Shown here: positions 40,395-55,571 of the stretch, piece after piece | Layout of the letters: the number at the start of each line of letters is the position of its first letter | Numbering within the stretch: the stretch's first letter is position 1 | DNA from: Octopus sinensis | Taxonomy: Eukaryota | Direction: 5' to 3' | Assembly (NCBI RefSeq): GCF_006345805.1 | Contig: NC_043003.1 | Location: forward strand, 73,160,001-73,224,000 | Length of the DNA stretch: 64,000 nt | Notes under the pieces: model-generated | Told to the model about the DNA's origin: nothing | Databases searched by the model: none | The model's input: the letters and a program-made list of their open reading frames with translations, nothing else | Made by a program: the position numbers and the translations under genes

Positions 40395-40596
40395 GTGTGT
40401 GTGTGTGTGGTGTGTATTATGTCTGTATACTGTTCCATGGAGTTAGGATCAACAAGAACAGTACTATATTTTGTGAGAGATAAATATTGTTTAATAAACA
40501 CCATACATATTTTTCATGCGATGAAAATGACTCAGACAACATTTTATAATATACTCAAAGCGTAGCCTGAAGATTCCATGAAGGCATTAGGCGTGT

Positions 40597-41120
40597 TAAA
40601 AGAGACAAAAGCAGCGTGTTTACTGAAAAATAATGTTTATCGCCATCTAAACATAGACGTTCTCTAAGAACAAACGATACTGTTATTTTGACTGCTGGAG
40701 GAGTCCCATTCCAGTTGCTTATTTAGTGCGCTTCGCACTCGATATATATTGCAAGCGGGGAGAGAACTCTCTACTATGCCAGCCATCGAGATCTCCAGAC
40801 TGCGCGGTTTCGACCATTTATGGTCATCGTTGGTAATGGATACTCTCCAGCTAGACACAGCAGTAGTTCATCTCCAGCTTAAAATAAACAGAAAATAAGT
40901 GGCACAAACTTACTGATTTTGTAAGAAGCAAACCAGATCGTTAAGAAAATCTCTATAAGAGACGAAAGCAGCATTTATACTGAGAATAATGTTTATTGTC
41001 ATCTAGACATGGGTGTCCTCTAAGAACACCCGATACTGCTATTTTAAACCCAGTAGGGCGTCTCCTCTAGTGGTTATTCAGTGCATTTTACCTTCAATAT
41101 ATAGAAAATAAGTGACACAC
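40597..41120. repeat. Diverged ~150 bp direct repeat
   Basis: 40600-40750 versus 40957-41105 ('aagagac.aaagcagc', 'aataatgtttat', 'ctctaagaaca', 'cgatactg'). Confidence 0.7.
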
Positions 41121-41472
41121 AGTCTCTCTCTCTCTCTCTCTCTCTGTCACACTGTCCCCCTCTCTCTCTTTATATATACACACACACATAAAATGCACAC
41201 AAACATATGTTCTTAATTATGCACAAAATATGAGAACACTTTTTAAAATTTCTAATCTTTTCTTATTCCGTAAATTTTGATTTTCTATTTTTAATATTCT
41301 ATAAAATAGACTTATACATCGAAACCTGTTAAGGTTTATAAATGTCACTCAATGTAACATATTGAAAATAATCTTTAAACATACTTGCACGCTGTCTCCA
41401 CCTATATTTTTAGCCATAACTTTTGATTTGCTTAGATGTTTAACCCCTATTCAAATATACATACATACACAC

Positions 41473-41538
<66 letters not shown>

Positions 41539-41747
41539 TTAGCTAGTGGAATATCTCTTCGTTGCGGGGTAATTTTCACAATCGAATACCATTATTTCAT
41601 TTTTCTTGTTCCCTGCCAGACCATGTCTCTCTCTCTCTCTCTATCTCTCTCTCACACACACACACACATACATACACACACACTTACAGACACAAAAACA
41701 CACATATACACACATTCACACACGCATTCATATTGAACATGTGTGTC

Positions 41748-41782
<35 letters not shown>

Positions 41783-42394
41783 ATATTATATATATATATA
41801 TACAGTGTGTGGGGGTGAGAGAGAGAGAGAAAAAGAGAATGTGTGGAAATTATTCAGAGAACGAGGAAGTTTACAATAAGAAAAGCGTAAATGAAAGAGA
41901 CTAATAAAGAGGGAAAGATATATTCTGTTGTCACATATTTACAAATTTTGAAATTTAGCGAAAATTTTCAAATTAATGTTATTCCACGTTGAATGCGATT
42001 TTCTGATTCGTTTATTATAGAAAAAATTTAGAAAAATATTACAGGTGTTTAAAGTTTGATAATTTCTACCCTATCAGAAAACAGGATTTGGAAGCCAGCA
42101 TTTACTGTGTGATAGCTCCTAATCTTGAAATAAAATTAAACATTACAACCACGATGTTTTAAACAAAATGAAAGCAGTTACGTGTCATATCAAGTGCGTG
42201 TGTGTGTGAGAGAGAGAGAGGAATAGAAGGCAGAGAAGATGTGTAAGAGATGTATACATACAGTGTTAAAGAGCATCGTAAGTGTATAGACAGAGAGGGG
42301 AAAGGCATAAAAAGAGACAGCGTGAACATAGAGAGTGGGTGCTTTTTCGATCTAAAAGGTGAGTTATTGCCCGTAGCAAATTAGATAATTTTTA

Positions 42395-42806
42395 GGCACA
42401 GGTATGGTTGTGTGGTAAGAAGCTTCCTTCCCAACCAGTCCCACAGAACAAGCAATTCTTCTCTACTATAGCCTCGGGCCAACCGAAGCCTAGTGAGTGG
42501 ATTTAGTAAACGGAAACTGAAAGAAGCCTGTAGTGTAGGTATATATATATATGTGTGTGTGAGCGTGTGTGTGTATTTGTGAGTGTATATCTTTACGTCA
42601 TTGTATGTCGAACTACCACACCACTTGACAACCGATGTTTGTGAGTTTACGTCCCTGTAACTTAGCGTCGGTAAAGGAGGTCGATGATCTAAGTACTAGG
42701 CTTAGAAAAAAACAAAGTACTGGGGTCAATTCTTTGAAGCAAACATTCAAAGTGGTGCTCCAGCATGGCCGCTATCTAATAACTGAAACAAGTAAAAGGT
42801 AAAAGA
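42395..42806 (+). mobile_element. tRNA SINE with internal (TA)(GT)n and 'ccagcatggccgc' tail
   Basis: ggcacaggtatggttgtgtggtaagaagctt..ctactatagcctcgggcc..ggaaactgaaagaagcc..gtggtgctccagcatggccgc..gaaacaagtaaaag. Confidence 0.85.
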
Positions 42807-44048
42807 TAATTAGAAGTGAATACCTTGTTATTGAGACATAAATTTAGAAAATCAACTCCGTTTTCTCGAATATGCATCGTTTCGAAACCTTTCAGTGACC
42901 TATATATACACATATACTCACTTTTATATAGTATATGTTAGTCAGTTCGGTTTAAAGCTATATTTATTCTATTGATGCCCCATGTTATTCCTAGGTACAA
43001 TTCGGTGAAAAAAAAAGAAATAAATTGAAGAATGCTCTAAACTCCTATGTCCCGTCCATTTACATACATCTCTCGATTCACATGCAAATGTCAGTCATTC
43101 TCACAGGAAAACGTTTTTATGTAAGACAGAACGATATATTAAGGATAGGCAACTCTTCTTAACATAACAGGATAATTCACATCTTAGCTTATATTTTACA
43201 TTTCAAACTTCCCAGTAGTGGTTAGTTTACATACTTTCCAGTTGAAAATCGCAGATACGTGAATAAGATCAAAACTTTCAATTGTGTATGATTTTCCACG
43301 AAGACAAGAAAGAAATGAAACAATCTTGATATTTAGGATATTGTTAGGTAGATCCATGGTACGATCGATTAATAGTCTTGAAAATCTTAATGCTTGAATT
43401 TATATTGTTCTTAATAGGAAACACGGTGTCTCAATTGTGTTTGTATGCGAGATCGGTTGAGCATCTGACGGTACTTAGTGTTTTAATGATGTCAGCTTCA
43501 CCCTTCTCAATTCTAGGATCGATGAAATGAGAACCCATCATGCACTGAAGTATATACATTCGACTGAAACTTCTGCACAGGTTTATCATCATATGACTCT
43601 TTGGAAATAATATTAGCTGTTATCCAGTAGATCATATTAAAACGATTAGACCTGGCGGATTTGCTTCATGGGAAAGTGACTAAAGAGCTGTATATTTGGA
43701 GGAAAGCAAGGTAAAAAGTTATCATGTGAAATACAGGCATGTTAGAATGTAATTGACATGAGTAATATGGAATCAAGGCGTGAAGCAAGAATAGAAACCG
43801 GAATTCCATATTAGCTATCGAATCCGTCATTGTTTCTATGTGGCGCCTTCTACACTTGTCGTGATATATTGCTTTTGGCAAACTGGAATGTCTTGCCTTT
43901 ATGGATTAAAATTACATTAATTTTATCGCAAGAAGCATCTACCCATGATGCAGAGAAAGCACGACATATATTAAACTATATACACGACCACATACGTAAT
44001 TCACAGCAAGCACATACATTTTACATATATATATGTGTGTGTACATAT

Positions 44049-44090
<42 letters not shown>

Positions 44091-44644
44091 ACACGCACAC
44101 ACACATAAATGGATTGAGAGAAAATAGATAAAAAGTAGTGAGAGATATGAAAATGAAAAGCGGAGATGTAAGAAGGCGTAGGTACCCAAACGTCAAATCT
44201 GAAAATAATAAAAAATAACACCCAAGAAATAATGGAAAAGAAATTTTCAATTGAATCACCTTACAAAACATAAAGCGTGTTCCTAACATATTAAATATAT
44301 TATACTTTGTCAAATCGCGATATAAATCATTTTGTTCCATTAGAGACGACCGTGTCAGCCATATTAATACCGTGAAAGGGGAAATAACTGATACATGTGC
44401 TAACCTGTATTCTTAATCCATTTACCACATGACGTATGAGAAGAGAAAAACAATGTTGACAGGTGTGCTGGTAACCGTATATCTGTGGATATGTTGGTGT
44501 GTGGACGTACATTCCTGAGTATATGCACATCATGTGTATGTATGAGTGGGTGTGTGCGCGTGTGTGTATGTATGCGTGTATTTCTATTCGGGGGTCTGTG
44601 TAAGTTAAATGTAGAAATTTTGAAAATGTTGATAATCATAATAA

Positions 44645-44862
44645 TAGGATTTTCAAAATTTTGCACAAGGCCAGCAAGTTTTGAAGACAATTGAATCCTT
44701 TACATCGACTCCAATGTTTCAGTGGTACTTAATTTATCATCCATGAAATGATGAAAGGCAGAATCGACGTCGTTGGTATTTGAACTTAGAATGTAAAGAG
44801 CTTGCAGAAATGATGCTAAACATTTTGCTCGACGGGATAACGATTCTATCAGTTGCTGCCTT
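44645..44862 (-). mobile_element. Degraded Nin-like SINE
   Basis: 'gcacaaggccagc', 'gatgaaaggcagaatcgacg', 'tttgaactt'. Confidence 0.7.
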
Positions 44863-45113
44863 AATCAATTCAAATTTTGACAAAAAACAGTGATTCATGG
44901 TGGAAGTGTTATCCGATTACTTTGAGTTCTGTATTTGACTGATACATATTTCATCGGACACAGAAAGTAAGGAGCCCGGGAAAATAAGGTTGAACACTTT
45001 GTGCAACGCATTAATGATCTTCGAAGTGCACCACCTTCCTACTACTACTACTACTATACTACTACTACTACTACTACTACTACTATACTAATAATAATAA
45101 TAATAATAATAAT

Positions 45114-45258
45114 ACTTTCTACTTTAGGCACGCCTGAAATTTGTAGAGAGGGGGATAAGTCAATAGTATCGATCCCAGTACTTGACTAGTTTATCGAACT
45201 CGAAAGGAGGAAAGACAAAGTTGGCCTCGGCGGAATTTAAACTCAGTACGTAAATACA
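45114..45258 (-). mobile_element. Partial Nin-like SINE
   Basis: 'ggcctcggcggaatttaaactcagtacgtaa'. Confidence 0.75.
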
Positions 45259-45261
45259 GAT

Positions 45262-45578
<317 letters not shown>

Positions 45579-45580
45579 AG

Positions 45581-46005
45581 CCCTGATTCAGTGCCAGACC
45601 GTGGCTCACATGGCTCCTGATCTTAACTGGTTGGAAGTGTTGTCATGTACATTGTTTTGACTTGCTATAAAAGATGGGTTACAGAAAATATTCTGCTTAA
45701 TACCACATATTTGCTTGTCAGTTGTTTGACCTTAACCAGTTGGCCATGGCTTTTAGTGGCTGACGATATGTACATCTCTGACCACGAGCAGAAGTAGTGG
45801 GGGAGCATCATAGCCGTGTGTTGAAAGGAATTCTTGGAGGTTTGGATAATTCACCATGGGTGTTTCGTTCAACATCCTTAAACAATCCTTATTCAGGGAC
45901 CTTTTGACCAAGATGGGCTACTCGACCAGAAGAAAATTCTAACTGGGCCCCACCTGCTAGGTCATGCGCTGTTTATCTTGATATGAGATCACCATGTCAC
46001 GCACA
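45581..46005. mobile_element. Interspersed non-coding repeat adjacent to (AAT)n, copy 2
   Basis: Same family as 38925-39476. Confidence 0.8.
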
Positions 46006-46399
46006 TTTGAACGGACATACAACTAACACCTCAAGGGAATATACCTTTCCCCTTGAGTATTCGAAAATATAAACATTCTCTTTATTCCAAGAACACTAAA
46101 ATTTCTTTGTTCGCACAAACAAAAGATCATCTCCAGTAATTTTTTAAAACTTCATATCTACAATTTTCTGTGAAAAAAATTCTAACTTCCTTTTCTTTCC
46201 GTTCCTTTTTCTCTGAATATTCGAAAATGTAAACATCCTTTGTATTGTAGAAAAAATAAAACACAACAGTTTTCTCTGAACGGACATACAACGAACACCT
46301 CAAAAAATTTAGAAAATTTAATATCTCCAATTTTGTGTGAACATTTTTTTGTCTTCCCTTCTTCCCTAACAGTATATGTAAACATGCCTTTTACTGTAA

Positions 46400-46800
46400 C
46401 AACACAATTAAATGCTGCACGATAAAAAATTAAGGAAGTAAGCACCAGCCAACACATACATACTGCACAGCTACAAAAAGTGTAAACCACAGGAAAATGA
46501 AAACAACAACACTATCCAATGGAAAAGAAACACCACTAAGGGGTGACGTAGGAATCCCAAAGATATCAAGTTACATTGCTGACCAGGGTCCCCGTAGTAA
46601 CTGCTCCTCTCCTTCATTGTTTTATCGTATAGGCGCATGCTTTGAATCGTTCCATTCACACCTTGTTACAAATGCAGTGGAGATGTGGGCAGCGACTCCC
46701 CATTCTCGGTCACTTCCCGTTCCACGTGGAACCTGAAAGTCGATGAGGGCTTGGCCAAAAAGGTGTCTGCCATCAGTAGTTTCATTATTTTACCGCCGAT
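46400..46800 (-). mobile_element. Tx1/L1-like 3' end remnant
   Basis: Minus strand reads LFGQALIDF..KFHVER..MNGTIQSMRL (frameshifted), followed by a pyrimidine/GT-rich UTR. Confidence 0.45.
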
Positions 46801-47505
46801 TTAAGAAGAACTAATAGCACCGACTTGTATATTTAATTACAAAGGATAATTGTAAACATAAATACATACATACATACACAAACACAGGCAGCAATTATTA
46901 ACATACACATAACCGCATACAAACACCCATATAAATACATGCTGTCATAAAAAGAAAAATATACTCATTTTCACTTTTATGTCAATATCGTTGTTTGCTA
47001 TAAATTTTTCTTATCTTAATCACTCGATGTAATTTTCTAACCCATATTTAAACAATAACCATTTAGTTGGACATTAGAACTCTTTGTTATTTCACATAAA
47101 CTAACTAGTATTCATTACTATTCAAGTATTTTGCTTTATCGTTATTACCAAACAGATTAATTTTCTTTTTTCGTTAAATAGTCCTTATAGTCCGTAGACC
47201 AAAGGAAAAGAATTCTGTGTAAGGTCTGGTGAAGTTTCAGCTTCCAGTATATCACTTTCGTGTTAGTACTGAATATGTTCTTTATTAGTCTATTTAACAT
47301 TCGACGGTGACAATACGCTACTTCACTAATATCAGTTTCTTCAAGCACCAGAAGAAAGGTACTTAGCGAATAACTCAGTATCTTCTGTTAGAATCATAAT
47401 TTTAGCCCCTTTCTCTTAATAGAATTTAGTTTAGACTTTTAGGTACACACACACACACACACACACACATATGTATATATATATATACATATGTATATAT
47501 GTATG

Positions 47506-47567
<62 letters not shown>

Positions 47568-47599
47568 CGCACACACATTTATATTTAATTTACTATTTT

Positions 47600-48600
47600 C
47601 CTATATCTCATGTGTTAATATTCTTTCTAGATTTACTCCTCCAATTATAAAGTTTGAAACTTTCTAACTATCACACTTTAGTTTATTGGCTTATAATTTT
47701 CCTTCGTCTTAAATTATTCTTTATATACACTCTTACATGAACAAGAATTCTAAAGTTCCGAAGTGCTATTTCAGTACATTTCTCTATTCAATAATTCACT
47801 TTATTCCCATTTTCACTTACCAATCTCCCTCTTATTATCCATTAGGCATTTGTTTTAGTACAATTTGTTGTACTGTATTCTATTATAATTTTAATTCCTT
47901 TAAACGCGTTTAACGTGATTTACCCTTCCACTTTATGTGACCGATGCAACTTGGAATTGATAGATCTTTCATAATATAATATTCAATGTCAGTAATATGA
48001 TATTTATTTTACTTGGCCTTGCACCAATATAACGCACTCTGTACATCAGATTAAGCTTACAATTTTATTACTATTATATTTTCCACTCCCGATGACACTT
48101 TATATTGCTAGACAGATTATAATTTTGACATTTGGTCTTTGAGAAGACTGCCTGTTCACTCCAATAAATGTAGATTTCTTAGAACCTTTTATTTATCTGT
48201 TTACTATCGTGATTATTTATATAAAATGTTTCTAGTAATATATATACTTTATATTTTACCGTCACCTTAAAAAAGTTCATTAGATTTTAAACTATTTTAT
48301 GTGGATAAATACTAATCGAGTGGGTCTTAACATAAATAAATTTGTAGTTTTGAAACTGTATGAACATGATATATTTTACGGTAAAATTACTCATATAATT
48401 ATATTGACTTCTTTTGATTTTTCAATAAATTTATTAGTATCTAATCATTTTTCTTCTATGTCATTATTATATCATTATTAAATGTTAACCCACCTATTAA
48501 TACAACTGATGCTCCTTGTCATCAAAATCTTTTGCTTAAAAACTTCAATACGCCCTCTAATTTATTCTCTATTTTCCAATACTGGTTTTCCATAGCCTTT
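47600..48600 (-). mobile_element. Highly degraded Penelope-like GIY-YIG region
   Basis: Minus strand LNLMYRVRYIGA (~48020-48057) and a decayed C..C..K motif (~47850-47875). Confidence 0.4.
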
Positions 48601-48930
48601 AATTTTAGATTTAAAAACCTACTGTATATCTGATATATAAAACAGGTTTCCAACACCCACTCCAGCTAGCATGTCTGTCTCCGATGTCAGACATTTCCCC
48701 CCGGACAACGTCTTTTCTCATCGTGTTATTTTGCTATATATTTCTTATACTGTCCAGTTTATCACACGATTTCACAATATTTTGCTAATGAAACGAACAA
48801 GTTTTTCATAGATATAACCCCTATCAAAATTTTATTCAAACGCTATAAACAATATTTTGAACAGGTTTTTAGTTTCTTTTTTGTGTGCAGACTTGTGATT
48901 GATAACATTAGCAATTGTATATTCATCTAA

Positions 48931-48969
<39 letters not shown>

Positions 48970-49189
48970 CCTATACATTATATCATATATGTGTATCAAT
49001 TATAAAATTCATTTGTACATACGCCGATGTATCAATTATATATGCACCTATGTATGCATGCATATGTATGTATAGATAGATACATACATACATACATTAA
49101 TCAGTTGATAGGTAGGTAGATTCATGGACAGACAGACAAATGGACAGATATATGATAGACTAATAAATAGGTTCTTCGTTAGATGGATG

Positions 49190-50890
49190 GATCACACTCA
49201 CACCACTGACACTCCATCCACCACACTCCAGTCACACTCTGTTCAGGATGAACCTGGGAAAACGCTTACTGTACATTGAGAAGAGTGTAACAGCCCTTTA
49301 ATTGTTGCAGTTGTGGCGGTCATCTTTATATTTTTAGGGCGAGATAATCATGTCTCCCCACCAGTCAGACGGTATGATGGCGTTACTCGAAACTGAGCAG
49401 CTGATCTGTCGCAAGAACAAGACTGTAGTAGGCCCAGCTGTCTCCCTATGGGTGTCACAAACACTGGCTGGCTTCTCACACTTCAGCTGATTTACTGCCA
49501 TACAAACCTCGTCTTCGGACGGCAGACTGACGGCTCGGTCACCAGTACTGAACAGGTATCGTGACTCCAGCTTATACAACGGCCCAAATACGATGCTCGG
49601 GGTTCCCCTGTCAGATGTGTGCCATCAGAATCCAAGACTCCAGAACACCGAGTGGAGGTTTCGTTCCACTGAGTATAGCGATTCCTCTGTAGACAATACA
49701 TGAATCGGACAATTGAAGCCGACTCTCTATCCTCTTGCAGATTTGTCGGACTTCCTTTTCTTTATCAGAGCTCAGTGCTCTGACTACTTCACTTCTCAGC
49801 CTGCGAAGCAAATCCCCATGGGTTCCACCCAATTTCGACCTGCGGCTACGATCTGCCATTGCGTGGGTCACCCTGGAAAGGAAGTGTTTACTGACCCGTG
49901 TTGCAAACTAACGTATTCACTAGCAGTCGACAGTAGGGTACCCCTGTATGTTTCCAATATTACCACAAGGTCAGACGAGGAGTTAGTACCAAATAGTATT
50001 GTTCCAAACTGCTGCGAATACGTCTTGCTTACACTGTTGTCTTTGCACCTGTCAACATCCAGTCTGAGACTACCTGCAGCCTCTTAGAGTTCTATCACAG
50101 TCCCACCTGTCTGTGGTCGATGCTCAATAAACTAGCACTCCGAAAAACCTTAGAATTCCGTAGGAATGTCTAGAGGCCATCTATAAGTACGCGGTCAATC
50201 TCCTTTGCCACACAGCGTGTGTTAGAATACCAAGTCTAGCAATGCAGCTAGGAAAATGGTACCAGGAGCCAGTAATAAGAATTCCATGGCTTTTTGCGAA
50301 GTCCAGCTGCATCGCACTCCTTTCGTACCTAGTGCGGGTCCAAAAGAGCCAACGACGCTCTTATATTCAGTTCTGTCAACCCCACTTAGGGCATGGAGAT
50401 TACCCATGGCCAACAACGTGTCACTATTGGGGATAGTCTCTAGAGCAGAGCATACACTTGCAACCAAGGAAATGACACGCAGAAAATGTCGAATCCTCAG
50501 CCACATGATACACTCGTTGATAGATGTTACATCTAATACAATTGGAAGCAGCTATTCGACCACTACAACTGCTACCCCACCGGTATGCCAGCCATCAGAG
50601 CGCCCAGCTCATGAGTAGGTGTAAGCACCAGTTGCAATGTCGGCGGTCACAGGCCGATGCATCTCCGATAGGGCCACAAAGTGAAAACAGCTGAGTTCCA
50701 AAGACATCAGGTGCAGACGGCAATGATCACTCAGTGAAAGAATATTTCAGTTCACTATTCCATAGGCTTCTCATGCTCAGCTGAGATTTTCCCCTCCTGG
50801 CAGATGATAACTTTGCACCATTCAGACAACAACCGCCAACAATCCTATCCTGCAGGCTTTTTTTCGTTCGTGGGATGGCGGTCCTAACTG
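49190..50890 (-). mobile_element. Internally deleted RTE-clade LINE (APE domain plus start of RT)
   Basis: N*NILSLSDHCRLHLMSLEL..VALSEMHRP (~50660-50755); LLAMGNLHALSG..VVGSFG (ORF 50222-50506); EVCMAVNQLKCEK..IPSDW (ORF 49334-49579); DRHNCNN*RAVTLFS..RFILNRV (~49240-49325). Confidence 0.75.
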
Positions 50891-51217
50891 CTTTCCCAAA
50901 GCCACTCCATACAAGGTGTCTTGTAGGCAGTAAAGGTACTTCGCCGGAAGAGAGAATTATTTGTGTTTACAAAAGATTTTGTTGTTGATAAAGATGTTGC
51001 TGATTGGAGTGCAGATAGTACATCAACCCTATACGTGTCACCTTTTACGATACATTTAGGAGACGTTGGGACTGTTCTTCGGTATGCCAGTCCCCTCATA
51101 GCATGGTTCCATAGACTTAACAGAAATTTTATTAAAAAATAGCATTATTTTACCCCCTTCCGTTGAGTACTCATTCTTTCAGTGTTATAAATACACTTAC
51201 ATCTATCCATCGAACCA

Positions 51218-51237
51218 TATATATATATTATATATAT

Positions 51238-51270
<33 letters not shown>

Positions 51271-51394
51271 TATAATATATATATATATATATATTATATA
51301 TAATATATATATATATATTATAATATATACATATATATATACATATATATATACATATATATATACATATATATATCTATATATGTATATTATG

Positions 51395-51446
<52 letters not shown>

Positions 51447-51522
51447 GAAAGAGAGATAGCTAGATATGTGTGTATGTGTACATACACACATATATATGCT
51501 TATATACATGTGCATGTGCAAG

Positions 51523-51565
<43 letters not shown>

Positions 51566-51700
51566 TTATATACATACAAACATTTGCATGTATACACACA
51601 CACGTATACATTTTTATCTCTCCATCTATCATTTCCTCTCTGTGTATGTGTATGAATGTGTGTGTGTATGTGTGTAAAACATATATGTCCGGTGCTATGT
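51218..51700. repeat. TA-rich compound microsatellite
   Basis: Directly visible. Confidence 0.9.
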
Positions 51701-52254
51701 ATCTTTGCATGAACAATCCTACATAGAATATAGTTCATTTTACATATATGTCAGAGGCTTTCTGCAAAATTTCAGCTTTAATTTACGAGAATTCATAATC
51801 TTTGCTGAATGTCTGTCAGTATATAAGACATATAGATTTACGATGTAGAGATTTATAGTAAAATACAATCTCGCCTGTCTCATGGTAGTTATGTTATTTC
51901 TGACATCTTGTTGTAAATGTTATTTTCATTTTTACTCGATATTTTCGTTTATGTAAGATATATGATGATTTCACATTCACTTGCCTAATATGCTTGCCAA
52001 GGTATTATGTATTGGTTTGCTTGTACATTCACACACACACGAGCGCGCACACACACGAACGCACACACAAACGAGCGCACACACACACACGAGGCACATA
52101 CACAAATACTCTCACATATGCTCACACATTTATATACATATATGTGTGTATATATGTATACGTATATGTATATATGTATATGTATATATATATTAACTCT
52201 CACAACTGATCCACAAACACAAAGTGTATGTTCACACATATGTGTATATATATG

Positions 52255-52286
<32 letters not shown>

Positions 52287-52289
<3 letters not shown>

Positions 52290-53010
52290 GCGGGAGGTGG
52301 ATCACTGATTAGGTCGTTGCAATTAAGATCGCTTGACAGGGGATTCGATTCCCGGACCGATCAATGCCTTTATTTTGTTGAGCAAATCGTTCCTTCTACT
52401 TGTTCTGCGGTATTTCGCCATGACGCGTAGCAAACGTCAGATGCTGAAGTGAATGCAAGCAACGTTTTGATTTGATGGAAGAAGTGAACTAATGTTCAGT
52501 ACAAATATTTGGTTTTTGTTTTAAACCAATATATGTGCATGTTATTCGGCAGGAAATTGCCAGGATCATCTTTCTCGAATAGAGAGACTACAATTGCGCG
52601 CACAGATGGACACTCATAACACATACACAAGACCACACACACACACACCACACACACATAGGCGGGAGGTGGATCACTGATTAGGTCGTTGCAATTAAGA
52701 TCGCTTGACAGGGGATTCGATTCCCGGACCGATCAATGCCTTTATGTTGTTGAGCCAAATCGTTCCTTCTACGTTGTTCTGCGGTATTTCGCCATGACGC
52801 GTAGCAAACGTCAGATGCTGAAGTGAATGCAAGCAACGTTGATTTGATGGAAGAAGTGAACTAATGTTCAGTACAAATATTTGGTTATTGTAAACCAATA
52901 ATATGTGCATGTTATTCGGCAGGAAATTGCAGGATCATCTTTCTCGAATAGAGAGACTACAATTAGCGCGCACAGATGGACACTCATAACACATACACAA
53001 GACCACACAC
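52287..53010 (+). repeat. Near-identical ~370 bp tandem duplication of a SINE-like unit
   Basis: 52287-~52640 versus 52658-~53010. Each starts ataggcgggaggtggatcactgattagg and carries a B-box-like 'ggattcgattccc'. The copies are bounded by (CA)n. Confidence 0.9.
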
Positions 53011-53253
53011 ACCACACACACACGAATACGCCCGCACACACACACACACTCACACACACGGACATATAGAGAAACACACACACACACACGTACACACATA
53101 TTTCAGTTTCCGTCAACCAAATAGACTCACAGGGCTTTGTTGTGCTCGTGTCTATACGAGGAGATATTTATCCAAGATGCCAGGCAGTGAGGTTGAGTTC
53201 ACAACCATATGGAAGCAAACTCCTTACCACACATCAACGCCTAATACACACAT

Positions 53254-53262
53254 AGATAGATT

Positions 53263-53354
<92 letters not shown>

Positions 53355-53365
53355 TAGATAGATAG
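53254..53365. repeat. (GATA)n microsatellite
   Basis: Directly visible. Confidence 0.95.
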
Positions 53366-53607
53366 AGATTCATACATCCATATGCAGAAATTTGAATATA
53401 TAATAGTTTTGCATAGTTATTATGTGACATATCACCAAGATATATTACCAGCGACATCTCCGAGACTCATTGAATGTTTTTGATCTTTCAATCATACATA
53501 ATCTTAGTGATAAATGTCCACTCGGCACTAACTTCACGAATTCTCACTTCACCTTGACCAACAACTCCACTCCTATTTTGCTGCCACGTTCCTACTTGTC
53601 CAATACA

Positions 53608-53733
53608 TTCTTCTTCTTCTTCTTCTTCTTCTTCTTCTTCTTCTTCTTCTTCTTCTTCTTCTTCTTCTTCTTCTTCTCTTCTTCTTCTTCTTCTTCTTCT
53701 TTTCTTCTTCTTTTCTTCTTCTCTTCTTCTCTT

Positions 53734-53763
<30 letters not shown>
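53608..53763. repeat. (TTC)n microsatellite
   Basis: Directly visible. Confidence 0.95.
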
Positions 53764-53764
<1 letters not shown>

Positions 53765-53767
53765 TCA

Positions 53768-53900
53768 TTCTGCCGAAGTCGACTTTACCTTTCATCCTTT
53801 CGGGGTCGATAAATTATGTACCAGTTGCGTACTGGAGTCGACCTAATCGACTGGCCCCTTCCCCATAAAATTTCGGTCCTTTTGCCTAAAGTGGAAAAGT
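53768..53900 (+). mobile_element. 5'-truncated Nin-like SINE
   Basis: gccgaagtcgactttacctttcatcctttcggggtcgataaa. Confidence 0.85.
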
Positions 53901-54169
53901 ATAGGTATATACGAAACATGCGCATATGTTTGCGTAAAAGTTATATGTATATACACCTAAAAGGTTGCATATAATGATATGTGTGTGTGCTTGTGTTTGC
54001 CCGTGAAAGTAAAAACACGTGTGTGTATATATATATATATATATATTATATAGAAATATATTTTAATATTTCAGTAAATACACACATATATGAACCTATA
54101 ATTACATTCATGCATACACATGTGTGCACACACACACACATACGTACTCATAAACCTGTGGATATATAT

Positions 54170-54215
<46 letters not shown>

Positions 54216-54984
54216 GAACGTTTTGTATATGTTTTGTGCATTTGTATCTTTATTTATTTTTTGTTTTTGCCTAAATTTAATATATTTTATTCATGTTTTG
54301 TTGTCTGTTATTTCCGACCTATAACGTTCACGATCCAATATTACATAGATCGCATATTGCCAACCAATTTTTTTTTTGTCATTCCATATTTTCCTCCCAG
54401 TTGCCATTTTAACTCACATTCTCTTCTCTGAAGCAACGTTTCCTCATAAGTATGTAAGGCATCATACATCACAGGTTTCAATAACGTAATATGTACACGA
54501 AAATTTATAAAAGAAAATAGGAAAAAAATTACATTTCTCTGTGATTTTTAGATGAAATAAATTATAGGTTAAATCCTTAAAGTGAAGATTGCGTAAATTT
54601 CTTAGCCACTAAATAATGGTGATTTCGTTATATGTTACAAACACTTTAACTCCTATAAAAAATGCTAGTTACGTTCCATTGCTTGAGTTATGAACAACAT
54701 ATGGAGTTTATTGAAAAAATATCTTCAAACATGAGTAAAGTTAAACGTAGAGATTCCGTACTATATATATGGAATTCAGCAAATTGCATTCTTTATAACA
54801 TAACTCGTGAAATACATGAAGTGTGTGTATGTTAGTGTGTTTCTGTATATCTATGTACATGCAGATAAGTAAGTATGTATGAGAATGCTTGTGTACGAAA
54901 GCATGTATATGTATATGCATACACATCCACACAAACACACGCACATATATATATATACACATAGATAGACAGAGAGAGATATGT

Positions 54985-55029
<45 letters not shown>

Positions 55030-55074
55030 TGTATGTACTTGCATACCTCATGAACATCTCTATCTATCCATTCT

Positions 55075-55106
<32 letters not shown>

Positions 55107-55571
55107 CTTAGACACATTCACATATATGAATTTGCTTTCATTAAAATAATCTCTTCGATAAATAATGTTTCTCCCTCTAAACAGTTCGTTTGAGATACAA
55201 AGATGAAATGATTAAAGCAATTATTTCCGCTCTTTGTAGTGAGAGCTTTACTGAAAAAATTGTAGGTTTTCAGTTTTAAAAAGAAAGGTCCAAGTGCAAA
55301 TTTAATATGCTGGAGATATATTAGACATATAAAAAACCCATTTCCCAGCACACTGCCATAGTGAAAAGTTCTCCTTTTGAGCATCAATGTTAAAACACTG
55401 AATGTAATTTGAGAGCATCTTCTATAGACCATTGAGCGCATTTCTAGAGAATGCTATCACCATCGCCAGGCACTACAAAACTCTCAACTCTGAGATGAAT
55501 TTAGAAGCCAAAGCTTCCTTGTAAGAAATCGCAAGCATGCTGCAATTAATATCTTTTCAAATATATGCCCG

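Noticed and set aside
46005-46330. Short permuted direct repeats (aacggacatacaac, tattcgaaaat.taaacat)
   Set aside because: They are probably a decayed partial-tandem pLTR. No HHR core or other function could be supported.
50884-51140. Possible exon (+ frame AVKVLRRKRELFVFTKDFVVDKDVADW...)
   Set aside because: It has no recognisable domain and lies at the 5' end of the RTE remnant, so it is probably UTR or other repeat sequence.
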